Assembly (NCBI GenBank): GCA_965216875.1
Contig: OZ244207.1
Coordinates: 3,008,001 to 3,072,000, forward strand
Direction: 5' to 3'
Origin: Rubripirellula sp.
GTDB lineage: Bacteria > Planctomycetota > Planctomycetia > Pirellulales > Pirellulaceae
DNA: 64,000 nt
The translations under genes and the position numbers were made by a program. Positions 18,891 through 28,994 of this stretch are shown one piece after another. Numbering within the stretch: the first letter of the stretch is position 1; each line of letters opens with the position of its first letter. Under the pieces are notes generated by a model that saw only the letters and a program-made list of their open reading frames with translations, searched no databases and was not told where the DNA came from.

Positions 18891-19949
18891 ATGGCTCGTA
18901 CCCTATCAGCCTCGTTCGTTCTCCTCCTGGCTGCTGCGTTGATCGCCGGTTGCAGCAGCAAGTCATCGACCACCGACAACGGTCCTTCCAGCGGGAAACG
19001 ACAGTTTTTGAGCATGGGAACAGCCCCGGTCGGCGGTGCATTCCAGGTCGTTGGCGGCGCAATCGCCGAAGTACTCAACGATCACAAGGACCAAATCAAC
19101 TGGAAAGTGAGTGCAAAGGGCACCAAAGGCTCGCAAGAAAACATCCGCCGACTCGAAAAGGGAGAGCTTCAGTTTGCCCTTTCAAACGCGGCGATCTCGT
19201 ACTTTGCCGTCCGTGGAGAAGGGGGATGGGACAAAGAATACGACGTCCAAGCCATCGCCACACTCGCCCCCAATGTTGCTCTCTTCATCACCAAAGCGGA
19301 CTCGGGAATCAACTCGATCGCCGATTTGAAGGGCAAACGAGTGATCACCGGGCCTGCGGGTGCTGGGTTCCAAATGTTCATCGAGCCGATCTTGGTCGAA
19401 CATGGCGTCAATTGGGATGACATCACTTCTCTCAACGCAACCCAAAGTGGAGCGGTCGACCAACTCGCCGACGGCTCGGCCGACGCCGCTTTTCTTGGTG
19501 GTGCCGTTCCCGTTGGATCGATCACGCAAGCCGCAAGTACGTTTGACGTTCACTACATCCCCTTTGACGAAACCACTCGGCAAACGCTGATCGAAAAATA
19601 CGCCTTCTTCCACCCGCAAGTGATTCCTGCGGGAACTTACAAGGGAATGGACCAGGATTTCCAAGGTCTCAACGTCGGTTCGATGCACCTGATCACATCC
19701 GCATCACAAGACGAAGAGCTGATTTACCAGTTGACGAAAACGATCTGGGAAAACCGCGAAGAGATCGCCGCAAAGCATCCTGCGGGTAAGGCGATCAATC
19801 CAAAGAATGCGGCTCGCGACACGGGAATCGCCTACCATCCCGGCGCCGAGCGTCTCTATCGCGAAGTTGGCATTTTGGCCTCTGAAGAAGCTGACGGCGA
19901 GGAGCCGGAAGCTGACGATTCGGACGAAGCCGAATCAGGTGACCAGTGA
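18891..19949 (+). CDS. TAXI-family TRAP transporter solute-binding lipoprotein
   Basis: Lipobox LIAGC, GTAPVGGAF, TKGSQEN, DLKGKRV, YHPGA. Confidence 0.93.
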   Translation: MARTLSASFVLLLAAALIAGCSSKSSTTDNGPSSGKRQFLSMGTAPVGGAFQVVGGAIAEVLNDHKDQINWKVSAKGTKGSQENIRRLEKGELQFALSNAAISYFAVRGEGGWDKEYDVQAIATLAPNVALFITKADSGINSIADLKGKRVITGPAGAGFQMFIEPILVEHGVNWDDITSLNATQSGAVDQLADGSADAAFLGGAVPVGSITQAASTFDVHYIPFDETTRQTLIEKYAFFHPQVIPAGTYKGMDQDFQGLNVGSMHLITSASQDEELIYQLTKTIWENREEIAAKHPAGKAINPKNAARDTGIAYHPGAERLYREVGILASEEADGEEPEADDSDEAESGDQ

Positions 19950-20094
19950 ATGGCGCAAGTCGAATCGACTTGCCTTTGCTTCGTTTGCCGACTTGCGGCA
20001 GGTTAGCCTGCCGAACCAAACCGGCCCCTAATCCCGCCCCTTCAAGAAATCCCGATCGATGCCTCATCGATCGCTGCGTCAAAGAGAATCGATC

Positions 20095-22350
20095 GTGAGT
20101 GAAGAGGAAGGTCCATCGGCAGAGAAACCGCAAAACACCCCCACGGCTGTTGAGCGGTTGTCAAAACCTGTCGTCACGTTTCTAGGGATCTTTCTCTGTT
20201 TGTTCACACTCTTCGAGGTGAACTACAACCTGATGCAGCCACAGTCGGCGCTGGCCGTCTTCATTGGCGTCGGGCTTGTGCTTTGCTTTTTGACGTTTCC
20301 CGTCCATCCCAAACTCAAAGGCAACAACTCCCTTCGCGCTGTCGATGCTTTGCTCGCGGTCGCGTCGGGGCTCTGTTGCCTCTACGTGATCATCCAAACC
20401 GAGCCGCTGTTTGAGAACTGGTGGGCCGGTGGGATGTCACTCGGCAATCGAGCTGGTTCCGAAACCACGATGGACTTCTACGTCGGACTCGCTGGCGTTC
20501 TGCTCGTCCTCGAAGCGACCCGCCGCAGCATCGGCCTGATCGTTCCATTGCTCGCGCTCGCCTTTGTTGCCCAGTCCTATTACTGTTACGGCAGCATCGA
20601 ATACGGCTGGCCCGAAATGCCCGATTGGATGTTGCCCCATCCCGGACAGAATGCTGAGAGCATCGTCAGCACGACGTTCCTTCAATCACTTGGCGTCTTC
20701 GGCCCCGCTGCCTCGGTGATGTTCAAGTATGTGTTTCTGTTCGTCGTATTCGGAGCGTTCCTCGAAATGTCGGGGGCGACTCAATTCATCATCGATTTCG
20801 CCACCAAGTCGTTTGGCAAAATTCGTGGCGGCCCCGCCATGGTTTCGGTGATGGCAAGCGGGCTGATGGGATCGCTTTCCGGTTCGGCTGTCGCCAATGC
20901 CGTGACCACCGGAACATTCACGATCCCGATGATGCGGAGTGCAAAATTCCCCAAACACATTGCTGGCGGCATCACCGCAGCGGCCGCGTCGGGCGGCGCA
21001 CTTGTTCCCCCCGTCATGGGCGCGGGCGCCTACATGATGCTGGAACTCGTTCAGCCACAAGTCAGCTTCATCACCATCATGAAGGCCGCAGTCATCCCTG
21101 CGGTCCTCTACTACCTCTCTATCCTGGCCGTCGTCTTTCTGTATTCCCGACGACTCGGTGCCGAAAGTCTTGCCGCCTCGAAGACCGACGCAAAACGTCT
21201 TTCCGGCTTCGACGCGTTGGTCTTTTTTGCGGCGCTCGGAACACTGATTGGACTGCTGTTGCTTAGCTTTTCACCCTTTCGCAGCGTGACCGGCTCGTTG
21301 GCGGTGATTTTGGTCTTTGCAACACTTCGCCGCGATCTCGACATTGCCCCTACCGCGCGCTACATGGCGCTAGCGAGCTTCTTGGTCGTCGTCGTCCTAC
21401 ATCAATTCTCGGGCGTACTGGCCGACGCTCTACCGCCGCAGCTCCACACGTTCCTTGCCTCCTCGTGGAAGAATCCCAACACCGGCAACGTCACCGTTTC
21501 ACTTGTCATCGGATCGTTGCTCGAATCATCGATCGTCGGAATGTTTGGGTTGCTGCTCTTTGGTCTTTCCAATCAAGCATGGCGTCCGGAGATGGTATCG
21601 GCGCTCACGAAGTCCGCGAAAAACGGGATCGCGTTGGTCGCCGCAAGTGCTTGCGTCGGCATCATCATCGGAGTCGTTCAACAAACGGGAATCGCTTCCG
21701 ACTTCGGTGCCCATATCAAGGACGTTGTCGAAACCAATTTGTTTCTAGCGCTGCTAGGCATCATGGTCTGCTCGCTTGTCCTTGGGATGGGTGTTCCCTC
21801 GGTCGTCTGCTATCTGCTGATGGCAACGTTGATGGGCTCGCTGCTTAGTGAACTCGGCGTCCAACCACTTGTCGCCCACCTCTTCATCTTCTACTTCGGC
21901 ATGATGTCGATGGTCACGCCGCCGGTCGCGCTCGCTGGTTACGCGAGTGCTTCGATTGCCGAAGCGCCCATGATGAAAACGTCGTTTGCTGCGTTTCGAT
22001 TTGCTTTGGTTGGATTCACATTGCCGTTCATGTTTGTCTACCGTCCAGCACTCTGTTTGTTGCCCGTCGACGGCGAACTGACACTCTTTGCCGTATTGCA
22101 CGCCTGCACCGCAGCCGTCATTGGGATCCTCGCTCTCGCCAGTGGACTTGCTGGATTCTTCAGGGGTGAACTCTCGATCCTCGAGCGTGCTGCCATGTTT
22201 GTCTCAGCGGCCCTTCTGCTCGCTCCCCTATCGACCATTGGCGAGATGCAAGTCGGCCTCGGTGTCGACATCTTTGGTGCGTTGCTGTTTGCCGGCACAG
22301 CAGTGGCCAACGCGCTTCGCAACCCATCGCCGAGCCAAGCGTCAGCCTAA
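20095..22350 (+). CDS. TRAP transporter fused 4TM/12TM permease
   Basis: LEATRR, GGPA, SGSAVAN, TGTFTIPMM, PPVMGAGA, LGMGVP, TPPVALA; start 20059 or 20095. Confidence 0.94.
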   Translation: MSEEEGPSAEKPQNTPTAVERLSKPVVTFLGIFLCLFTLFEVNYNLMQPQSALAVFIGVGLVLCFLTFPVHPKLKGNNSLRAVDALLAVASGLCCLYVIIQTEPLFENWWAGGMSLGNRAGSETTMDFYVGLAGVLLVLEATRRSIGLIVPLLALAFVAQSYYCYGSIEYGWPEMPDWMLPHPGQNAESIVSTTFLQSLGVFGPAASVMFKYVFLFVVFGAFLEMSGATQFIIDFATKSFGKIRGGPAMVSVMASGLMGSLSGSAVANAVTTGTFTIPMMRSAKFPKHIAGGITAAAASGGALVPPVMGAGAYMMLELVQPQVSFITIMKAAVIPAVLYYLSILAVVFLYSRRLGAESLAASKTDAKRLSGFDALVFFAALGTLIGLLLLSFSPFRSVTGSLAVILVFATLRRDLDIAPTARYMALASFLVVVVLHQFSGVLADALPPQLHTFLASSWKNPNTGNVTVSLVIGSLLESSIVGMFGLLLFGLSNQAWRPEMVSALTKSAKNGIALVAASACVGIIIGVVQQTGIASDFGAHIKDVVETNLFLALLGIMVCSLVLGMGVPSVVCYLLMATLMGSLLSELGVQPLVAHLFIFYFGMMSMVTPPVALAGYASASIAEAPMMKTSFAAFRFALVGFTLPFMFVYRPALCLLPVDGELTLFAVLHACTAAVIGILALASGLAGFFRGELSILERAAMFVSAALLLAPLSTIGEMQVGLGVDIFGALLFAGTAVANALRNPSPSQASA

Positions 22351-22482
22351 TCGCACAACAAACTGGGCAACGTAGGCAACCCAGTGAACCCGCGTATTTG
22401 GTGTGGTTGCTAACGATTGCGCCGTCGCATACGATACCCCTCGCACGGCTAAGCCAAGCCAAGTTCACACTTGCGAGAAATC

Positions 22483-23181
22483 ATGATGGATCAGAGATCG
22501 AAGTGGCGCTGGGTTCTATTCTTTCTAATGCTGCCAATCGCGGGGCAATCGTATGGCGGTACGGTCAAAGGCCGTATGGAGCTAACGAATTTTGACCTCG
22601 CCAACCAACTTGCGCATTTTGATGTGACGGCAATTTTTGAAGAGGCGGGCGAGGTTGCTGGCATCTCAATCAACATCACGGCGAGTCAGGCGCCTTCGGG
22701 AAATCCAATCACGGACTTTTCCAACTTCACGTTCACCCCAAGCTTATTCCCAACCGGGCGTTTGCAACCAACGTGGAATGAGTTTTCGACCTTTGGACCG
22801 GGCAATGGACACTACACGCTAGCGGATCCGTTTATCCCATTGACGCCGCCTGCCACGACCCTGGTTACCACCAACGACAGCCTTTTCCTGGGCGAACTGA
22901 CGTTCGACTTTGGAGCCGAGGGGTTGATTGGCGGCGACAGCTTTATTGTTGACGTGATTGCCTCAACGGTTCTCTATCGCCAAAGCGGCATCCCAATTGG
23001 CGGAGTCGTGACGCTTGAGTTCGACGACCCGCTTGCTGACGGAAGCCAGGAACTGACGATTCCCGCATCACCAAGTGGAATCGTTCCAGAACCCTCTTCA
23101 ATCTTGGCAATGCTTGGCGTACTTGGAATCGCCGTCGCACAAGTGCGGCGAAAGCGAAAGATCTCTCAGGCGACGAAGTAA
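22483..23181 (+). CDS. PEP-CTERM sorting-domain surface protein
   Basis: Signal peptide; C-terminal VPEPSS, then a TM helix and RRKRK. Confidence 0.9.
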   Translation: MMDQRSKWRWVLFFLMLPIAGQSYGGTVKGRMELTNFDLANQLAHFDVTAIFEEAGEVAGISINITASQAPSGNPITDFSNFTFTPSLFPTGRLQPTWNEFSTFGPGNGHYTLADPFIPLTPPATTLVTTNDSLFLGELTFDFGAEGLIGGDSFIVDVIASTVLYRQSGIPIGGVVTLEFDDPLADGSQELTIPASPSGIVPEPSSILAMLGVLGIAVAQVRRKRKISQATK

Positions 23182-23819
23182 TAGACCACGAGCTTCGCAT
23201 ACTCGATCCAGAGCGGCGAATAGATTTCAGCGCTGTGGACGGTTGCCGATGCGGAGTAGACGGTCACGCGAGTGTTTTCGTCCATGGCTCGCCGAAAGGC
23301 CAACCCGGAACGACGAGTATGTGGTGCTGACGTGACCACAACCATCGTTTCGAGCTTTGGGAACTGTGCTGCAACAGCGCGAGCTTCACTCAACGACCCC
23401 ATCGACGTGGCAGGATCTGGGTCAACGGTCATGACGCTTTCGCGCGGGACACCGTAGTGCTCGAGATAGTCAATGGCGCGGCTGACGCGCGTACGACTTT
23501 CCTTCTTAACGAAATCGTAGCTCGCCTTTTGCTGCTCATTCAGCACGATGATCTTCTTGACGCGTCGCCAGTGATACAAATCGGACGCTGCTCGCAGCCG
23601 CTTGAAATAGGGCTCACCTCCGGCCATCACGTATGCGACTTCACCCGTCGCCTCGGCGTTGTGTTCGACAAGGGGCGCTGCGACCCAGGCTCGCACGGGA
23701 CGAAAAGACAAGGCGATTGAAACGATCGCCCAGGACAACAGGACGAGAACGCATCGGCGCCGCCAACGTCGCGCCACCGCACTGGGTGCACCACCGCCTG
23801 TCGATTCCCGCTCGTTCAT
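23166..23819 (-). CDS. YdcF/DUF218 family membrane-anchored protein
   Basis: N-terminal TM, VMAGG, RLRAA, SEA, VVTSAPHTRR, EYAK. Confidence 0.85.
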   Translation of the reverse strand: MNERESTGGGAPSAVARRWRRRCVLVLLSWAIVSIALSFRPVRAWVAAPLVEHNAEATGEVAYVMAGGEPYFKRLRAASDLYHWRRVKKIIVLNEQQKASYDFVKKESRTRVSRAIDYLEHYGVPRESVMTVDPDPATSMGSLSEARAVAAQFPKLETMVVVTSAPHTRRSGLAFRRAMDENTRVTVYSASATVHSAEIYSPLWIEYAKLVVYYFVA

Positions 23820-24871
23820 TCTTGCTCGCTAGAGACTTCGATATAAACATCGACTGGCAAGCCGACCGGCAGGGACATTTCCGTTTCTCGCAATTCAATC
23901 CAGACGCGCCGGCTATAGGTATCGGTCCGCTCACCCGCCCATTGACCAAATAGTTTCTTCGGAGTCATTTGCGGTTCGACTTCGACCACTTCGCCCCGCC
24001 CGAGCACGCCCTCGGCGCCATCGGAAGTGATATGAGCGGTCTGACCAACTCGAATACTCAGTGCATCATACTCATCAACTTCGGCGACCGTGCGCAGCCT
24101 CGACGTATCCGACATCACGATGAGCGAGCTGGGATCTTCGGGAGTCGTCAATTCTCCGGGCTCTGCTTCGACCGCCAGGATCTGGCCGTCACTGGGCGCT
24201 TTGATCATCGTGCGATCGAGGTTGATCTGCGCGATGCGAAGTCGCGACTCCGCTGCTCGAACCGCGGCCTTTGCAGCCAACAATTCGTCCTCGCGCGCCG
24301 GCGCCTCCATCGTTTCAAGCCGCCCCTTTGCCGCAGCGGTCAAGGCTTTGAGCGAGACCATGTTGGTATACAGGTCGTCAAGCGATTGCTGGCTGAACGC
24401 ATTGCCACTGTAGAGTTTCAGACCTCGTTTGTAGGCCTTCTCGGCCCCACTTTGACGTGCCTTGGCGGCCGCGTACTCTTGGCGGGCGGTTTCAATTTCT
24501 GATTCACGAAAACCGTTCTCGAGGCGGGTCTTGGTCGCCTCTTCACGCGCAAGCAGCGAGGCAGCCAAGTCACGTTCGCTTTCGAATCTCGCTGAGTCGA
24601 GGCTGACCAGCAGGTCGTCTTTGGAAACCCACTGGCCTTTCTCGACGTGGATCTCAGTAATCTGCTCAGCGATGCGAGCGCGCAGCTCAACTTCTTGTGT
24701 TCGTCCCTCGATCCGACCTGACGCGCGCACGACCATACTTGTTGCCGCAGAACTGGTCGTGCGAACCGGCCTTGGCGTCACGTCACCAAGCGGCAAACGC
24801 TGCTGATCGATGAACATCAGCGCAGAGCCGAAGATCACCGCCGTGATGAGGATGGTTGTGATGTGCTTCAC
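23816..24871 (-). CDS. HlyD/DevB-like membrane fusion (periplasmic adaptor) protein
   Basis: N-terminal TM, ASGRIEG, VEKGQWV, coiled coil, IKAPSDG, VDEYD, GLPVDV; GTG start overlaps the upstream stop. Confidence 0.9.
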   Translation of the reverse strand: MKHITTILITAVIFGSALMFIDQQRLPLGDVTPRPVRTTSSAATSMVVRASGRIEGRTQEVELRARIAEQITEIHVEKGQWVSKDDLLVSLDSARFESERDLAASLLAREEATKTRLENGFRESEIETARQEYAAAKARQSGAEKAYKRGLKLYSGNAFSQQSLDDLYTNMVSLKALTAAAKGRLETMEAPAREDELLAAKAAVRAAESRLRIAQINLDRTMIKAPSDGQILAVEAEPGELTTPEDPSSLIVMSDTSRLRTVAEVDEYDALSIRVGQTAHITSDGAEGVLGRGEVVEVEPQMTPKKLFGQWAGERTDTYSRRVWIELRETEMSLPVGLPVDVYIEVSSEQE

Positions 24872-25644
24872 TTGAATTGTCCGTTTTCGATTTCGCACAC
24901 GCGATCCGCGTACTTCAGAATTCGAGGGTCATGCGTCACGACAACCGTCGCCGAGTCGGTTCCATCGACGAGCTCGCGGAGCAGTTCCATGACCTCAACC
25001 CCCGACTTCCCGTCGAGCGCCGCGGTCGGCTCATCGGCCAGCAACAATTTTGGCGATGTGATCACCGCCCGCGCTAGTGCGACGCGTTGGCATTGCCCCG
25101 GGCTCATCGCCGTCGGCAGTTGTTTGCGGTGCAACTCCAACCCAACGCGCTTGAGCAACTCACCTGCTTTTTCGCGAGCGTCGGGAAGAGTCATCCCTTG
25201 AAGGGTTAGTGGAACGGCAACGTTGTCCTCTGCTGAGAGTCCCCGTATCAACTGGAATTTTTGAAACACGAAGCCAATCAGTTCACGGCGCACCTGGGTC
25301 CGCTCGGCCACTTTCAAAACGTCGACGCGACGTTCGTCGATGTAGACTTCACCCGAATCGCATTCGAGCAGACAACCGAGAATCGACAGCAGCGTGCTCT
25401 TGCCACTACCCGAGGGTCCCGAAAGAAATACGCACTCACCAGCAGCGGCCGAAAAATCGACACCATCAAGGACCCATCGTCGCTCGCCACCAATCTCGTA
25501 CGACTTACGCACGTCCGTTGCTGAGAGGATGGGCGGTAATGCCGGTTCACCCTGATCATCACAATCGCAGCTTGGTCCAAGAACAAAGGCGTTCTTCTCG
25601 GGTGGCAGTATCAGGTCGTCGCCTGTGATTGAATCGCTCATCAT
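24868..25644 (-). CDS. ABC transporter ATP-binding protein (LolD/DevA-like)
   Basis: GPSGSGKST, GFVFQ, MSPGQCQRVALARA, LADEPT, VTHD. Confidence 0.95.
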   Translation of the reverse strand: MMSDSITGDDLILPPEKNAFVLGPSCDCDDQGEPALPPILSATDVRKSYEIGGERRWVLDGVDFSAAAGECVFLSGPSGSGKSTLLSILGCLLECDSGEVYIDERRVDVLKVAERTQVRRELIGFVFQKFQLIRGLSAEDNVAVPLTLQGMTLPDAREKAGELLKRVGLELHRKQLPTAMSPGQCQRVALARAVITSPKLLLADEPTAALDGKSGVEVMELLRELVDGTDSATVVVTHDPRILKYADRVCEIENGQFK

Positions 25645-26771
25645 TAACCCTGCAATACGGAGTGAGGGTCAACGCGGCGAACCCGAAAATAGGGCAGCGC
25701 CGATGCCAAGAGGCAAATGCTGAATACCAACAAACTGCTGCCAATATAGAGTCCCATTGGAATCTCGATTGACGCTAGTGGCGTGCTAAAACAGGTCTGT
25801 ATGACGTGCGTCGCAACGATTCCGATTGCGATTCCGACACTTGCGATCAAGGACGACTGTGCAGCAAGCAGTGTAATGATCTCGCGCTCGGTGGCTCCAA
25901 TCGCCTTGAGCGTTGCGAATTCGCTGATGCGATCGAGGACCATTGCGTACAGGGTTTGCCCGACCATCACCAATCCAACCAGCAATCCCAAAAAGGTTGC
26001 GGCACCAAAACTGATTCCAAGTCCAGTCCGAGTCATCCAGAAATTAACACTGATCGATGCGTACTCGGCACTGGTCATGGCCGTCACATCATGAAGTCGA
26101 CGCTCTATTTCACTGCAAACCTGCGCCGCATCAGCTCCTGGTGCCAAACGCACCAAGAAGTACGAGGCCTTATCCGGCTCGCCGCGTGCTAAGTCGATAT
26201 GGTGGTCATAGTTTGTGAACACGTAGGGCGTCACCAAGAAGCTTAGGACACCGTACGATTTTCCCGAGACGCGAACCCGCTTGCCGTTAATCTCCCGAAC
26301 ATCACCGATTGCGGGATTGATGAGCTTGCTGTCATCACATTGGTCCACGATCACGGCATCGGGATACGTGAGTGCGTCCGCGGGACCTTCAACGATATCG
26401 TAGGCCCGCCCCAGGTCGGTCCCCTCGGTCACCCCAACCAGCATGACGCCTTCGTAGTTGCCGTTGGGAAGACTGATTTCGGAAAACTCGATGCGCATGG
26501 GTTCCGCCGCGGCCACGCCCGGAATGCTTCGCACCCGATGAATCCATCGCACAGGAATACTGTGCGGGAAGTCAACGTAATGCATACCGCGATTGCCAAC
26601 CCAAATGTCAGCATTACTCCGATCGACAAGCAGACTTGCTTTGTGGATCAGGCCGAAAAAGAGCCCGCCCTGGATGTTAACCAACACCACCGAAAAGATC
26701 ACGCCGATCAATCCGGCAACCAACTTGCCGCGATCAAAGAGCAACGTGCGTGAGGCGATGTTCCAGAGCAT
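25644..26771 (-). CDS. ABC transporter permease (FtsX/MacB-type, DevC-like)
   Basis: N-terminal TM, ADIWV periplasmic domain, EFATLKAIGA, C-terminal TMs, VDP. Confidence 0.92.
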   Translation of the reverse strand: MLWNIASRTLLFDRGKLVAGLIGVIFSVVLVNIQGGLFFGLIHKASLLVDRSNADIWVGNRGMHYVDFPHSIPVRWIHRVRSIPGVAAAEPMRIEFSEISLPNGNYEGVMLVGVTEGTDLGRAYDIVEGPADALTYPDAVIVDQCDDSKLINPAIGDVREINGKRVRVSGKSYGVLSFLVTPYVFTNYDHHIDLARGEPDKASYFLVRLAPGADAAQVCSEIERRLHDVTAMTSAEYASISVNFWMTRTGLGISFGAATFLGLLVGLVMVGQTLYAMVLDRISEFATLKAIGATEREIITLLAAQSSLIASVGIAIGIVATHVIQTCFSTPLASIEIPMGLYIGSSLLVFSICLLASALPYFRVRRVDPHSVLQG

Positions 26772-26890
26772 TGTTCAGGAAGTGGAAGTGCGTGGGCGGC
26801 CCGATAGTCGATCCATACGAAATCGGTATCGGGAATGTCACTGCCAAGCTTGACCAATTCGTCAAACTTTACCTGAACTACCAAAACCTC

Positions 26891-27919
26891 CTAAGGAATC
26901 CCTCGCACAATAGGCGGGCCGACAATTTTGGTAAGCCAAACCGGCATCTTTTGCCAAAGCTGAATCAGCCGTTGCTTACCGGAATCGTCAGGACGCATCT
27001 CTTCGGGCGATCCCTTGCGCACGTAGTATTGCCACACCGCCTCGCACGGTTTTGCCCCCCACTGAGCCTTGAATTTATAGGTTCCGCTTCCTTCACTGCT
27101 ACGCCCAAAATCAAACGTATGGCTGCCGCGTTGGATTGCCCGTTCCAACAAATAGCGATACATGAACATGTTGGCGTTGGTGCGATTGAATTCACGCAAA
27201 CAGCTAGCACTGGGAACTTCAGTCATTCCGTTCTGATGCACAAGTATGCCGCTGGCGACAGCAGTCCCCTTTTGGCTCACGACACAGATCTCGGCGTCGT
27301 CGCCAAATTCCCGGCACATGGCTTGGAACAGCCGTTTGGGAAACACGGGCGTGCCGAGATCCCGCATGTTACGCGCGAAGATAGCGTAAAAGGTGTCAAC
27401 CAATTCGATTCCTCCGAACTCATGCTCCAAGTCGTATTGGCCTGACTTTTTGATTTGACTCCGCAGCTTGGATCGATAGGACTTCATCAACGCTTCTGGA
27501 GTTTCATGCAGCGCCAAACGCATGTGCTTCTTTTCAGTCCGTTCGAAGTTGAACTTCGGGTGTTTCACCGGCGTTTCATGACGTAGTTCCAAATACCGTA
27601 CATCCAGCTCGTCAGCAAGGTCGCAGGCGTGATCGACGAGTTTCACTGCTGACTCATCATCCGTTGCCCAGGCACCGCCGGTATTGATGTAGGGGATACT
27701 GACGAGAAACCGCCCGAAGATTGGCCCAGAAACTAAGAAGAGCGGCAGGATTCCGGTGACGTTTCCCGACCGTTTGGCCTGAAGCACATAGGCGCGCTGG
27801 CGCAAGCCGTCGGCGACCGTATTGACCCAGGCCTGTGAGTGCCCCGTGAGTCTCGGCATCGTGCCATCGGCCACGTCTGAAACGCCGCATGGCCACTGAG
27901 CGGTTTCGATTTCTAGCAC
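26891..27919 (-). CDS. FemAB-related GNAT protein, PEP-CTERM/exosortase system-associated
   Basis: GILPL, LVSIPY, YLELR, RSQIKK, MRDLGTPV, FDFGRS, FKAQWG. Confidence 0.9.
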   Translation of the reverse strand: MLEIETAQWPCGVSDVADGTMPRLTGHSQAWVNTVADGLRQRAYVLQAKRSGNVTGILPLFLVSGPIFGRFLVSIPYINTGGAWATDDESAVKLVDHACDLADELDVRYLELRHETPVKHPKFNFERTEKKHMRLALHETPEALMKSYRSKLRSQIKKSGQYDLEHEFGGIELVDTFYAIFARNMRDLGTPVFPKRLFQAMCREFGDDAEICVVSQKGTAVASGILVHQNGMTEVPSASCLREFNRTNANMFMYRYLLERAIQRGSHTFDFGRSSEGSGTYKFKAQWGAKPCEAVWQYYVRKGSPEEMRPDDSGKQRLIQLWQKMPVWLTKIVGPPIVRGIP

Positions 27920-28221
27920 GATGACTCAAGCAGAAAATGTAAGGACGGCTTCGATGACAAACAAAACAGAAAGAGGCCAGAATAGCCAAGGATTCACGGC
28001 TGCACAGTGGCTTTTTCGGCAGCGTGAAACTGATGCCCACTCTGCAGCCTCGATGGCGGTGCGTGAATCCGCATAATCGGCGTTACCCAAATAATTTCAC
28101 CGCAAGTGCCAAATTGTCTCTAGCGGCTACGTCTGAACAGACGTTACAGACTGAGATCGATGTGATGCCGAAAATGGACGCGTCACCGCTCGCAACTCTT
28201 TTCTTCTGTTTTAGCAGCCGC

Positions 28222-28980
28222 ATGACAAACCCCGCCCAGCGATCGCACCAAGCTGTGTTGCACCAGCGTTTGGCCTTGCAGACGGACCCGGATCGACGAA
28301 TCGACTATCGGTTGGCCGCGACACACCTCGACCTCTACGGCGCCTTCGAACTCCTTCAACGCCGCTACTCGATCGCCGGGCTCTCGAAGCCCAACATGCC
28401 CCTTCGAGTTGAACCATTCCACCTGTGGCGCCAGTCTCAAGTCTTCGTTGCCGTCAGCGGCGCGACGGTTGTTGGTTGCATGACATTGATTCGACCAGGC
28501 CATCGCGACGGGTTGCCATCCATCAAAATGAACAAAGCGGTTGAGCCTGCACTGCCCAAAGGTGCTGTCCTTGGTGAAGTCACTTCATTGGCAATCGACA
28601 CAGACAACCACTGCCGAACCTCGGAAGTCTTTTTGCGGCTGACCGAGCTGATGCAGATGTTTGCACTTCGGCATGGGGTCAACCATGCGGCAGCAGTCGT
28701 GCACCCCAAACACGCTCGAATGTACCAACGCGCACTCGGTTTCAAGGTGATTGGCCAAACCGTTCCCTGCGATCGAGTCGCCGGAAGGCCTGGTGTGACA
28801 CTGATTCGCCAGATCAGTCATTCCATGGGAGGACGATTGAACTGGCAACAAAGGTTTTCACCAAGCCGAGCGTGTCAGATGGATTTGTCGCCGCGACCAA
28901 TGACCGAGCGGCAGAAACGGTTCTTTTCGTTCTACATGACCAATCGACCGTCTCGATACGAATACACCAAGGCGGCTTAA
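28222..28980 (+). CDS. FeeM-like N-acyl amino acid synthase (GNAT fold)
   Basis: AFELLQRRY, VFVA..VVGCMTL, GLP, GEVTSLAID (putative catalytic Glu), VHPKHARMY..LGF; start uncertain. Confidence 0.75.
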   Translation: MTNPAQRSHQAVLHQRLALQTDPDRRIDYRLAATHLDLYGAFELLQRRYSIAGLSKPNMPLRVEPFHLWRQSQVFVAVSGATVVGCMTLIRPGHRDGLPSIKMNKAVEPALPKGAVLGEVTSLAIDTDNHCRTSEVFLRLTELMQMFALRHGVNHAAAVVHPKHARMYQRALGFKVIGQTVPCDRVAGRPGVTLIRQISHSMGGRLNWQQRFSPSRACQMDLSPRPMTERQKRFFSFYMTNRPSRYEYTKAA

Positions 28981-28994
28981 GAAGCTCGCCCCAT

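Noticed and set aside
26850..26865. TTGAC-N6-GTCAA palindrome upstream of the ABC permease
   Set aside because: Only 5-bp arms, a single occurrence and no cognate regulator nearby; could be chance
26750..27445. 231-aa plus-strand ORF
   Set aside because: Antisense to the FemAB-like gene, with no recognisable features
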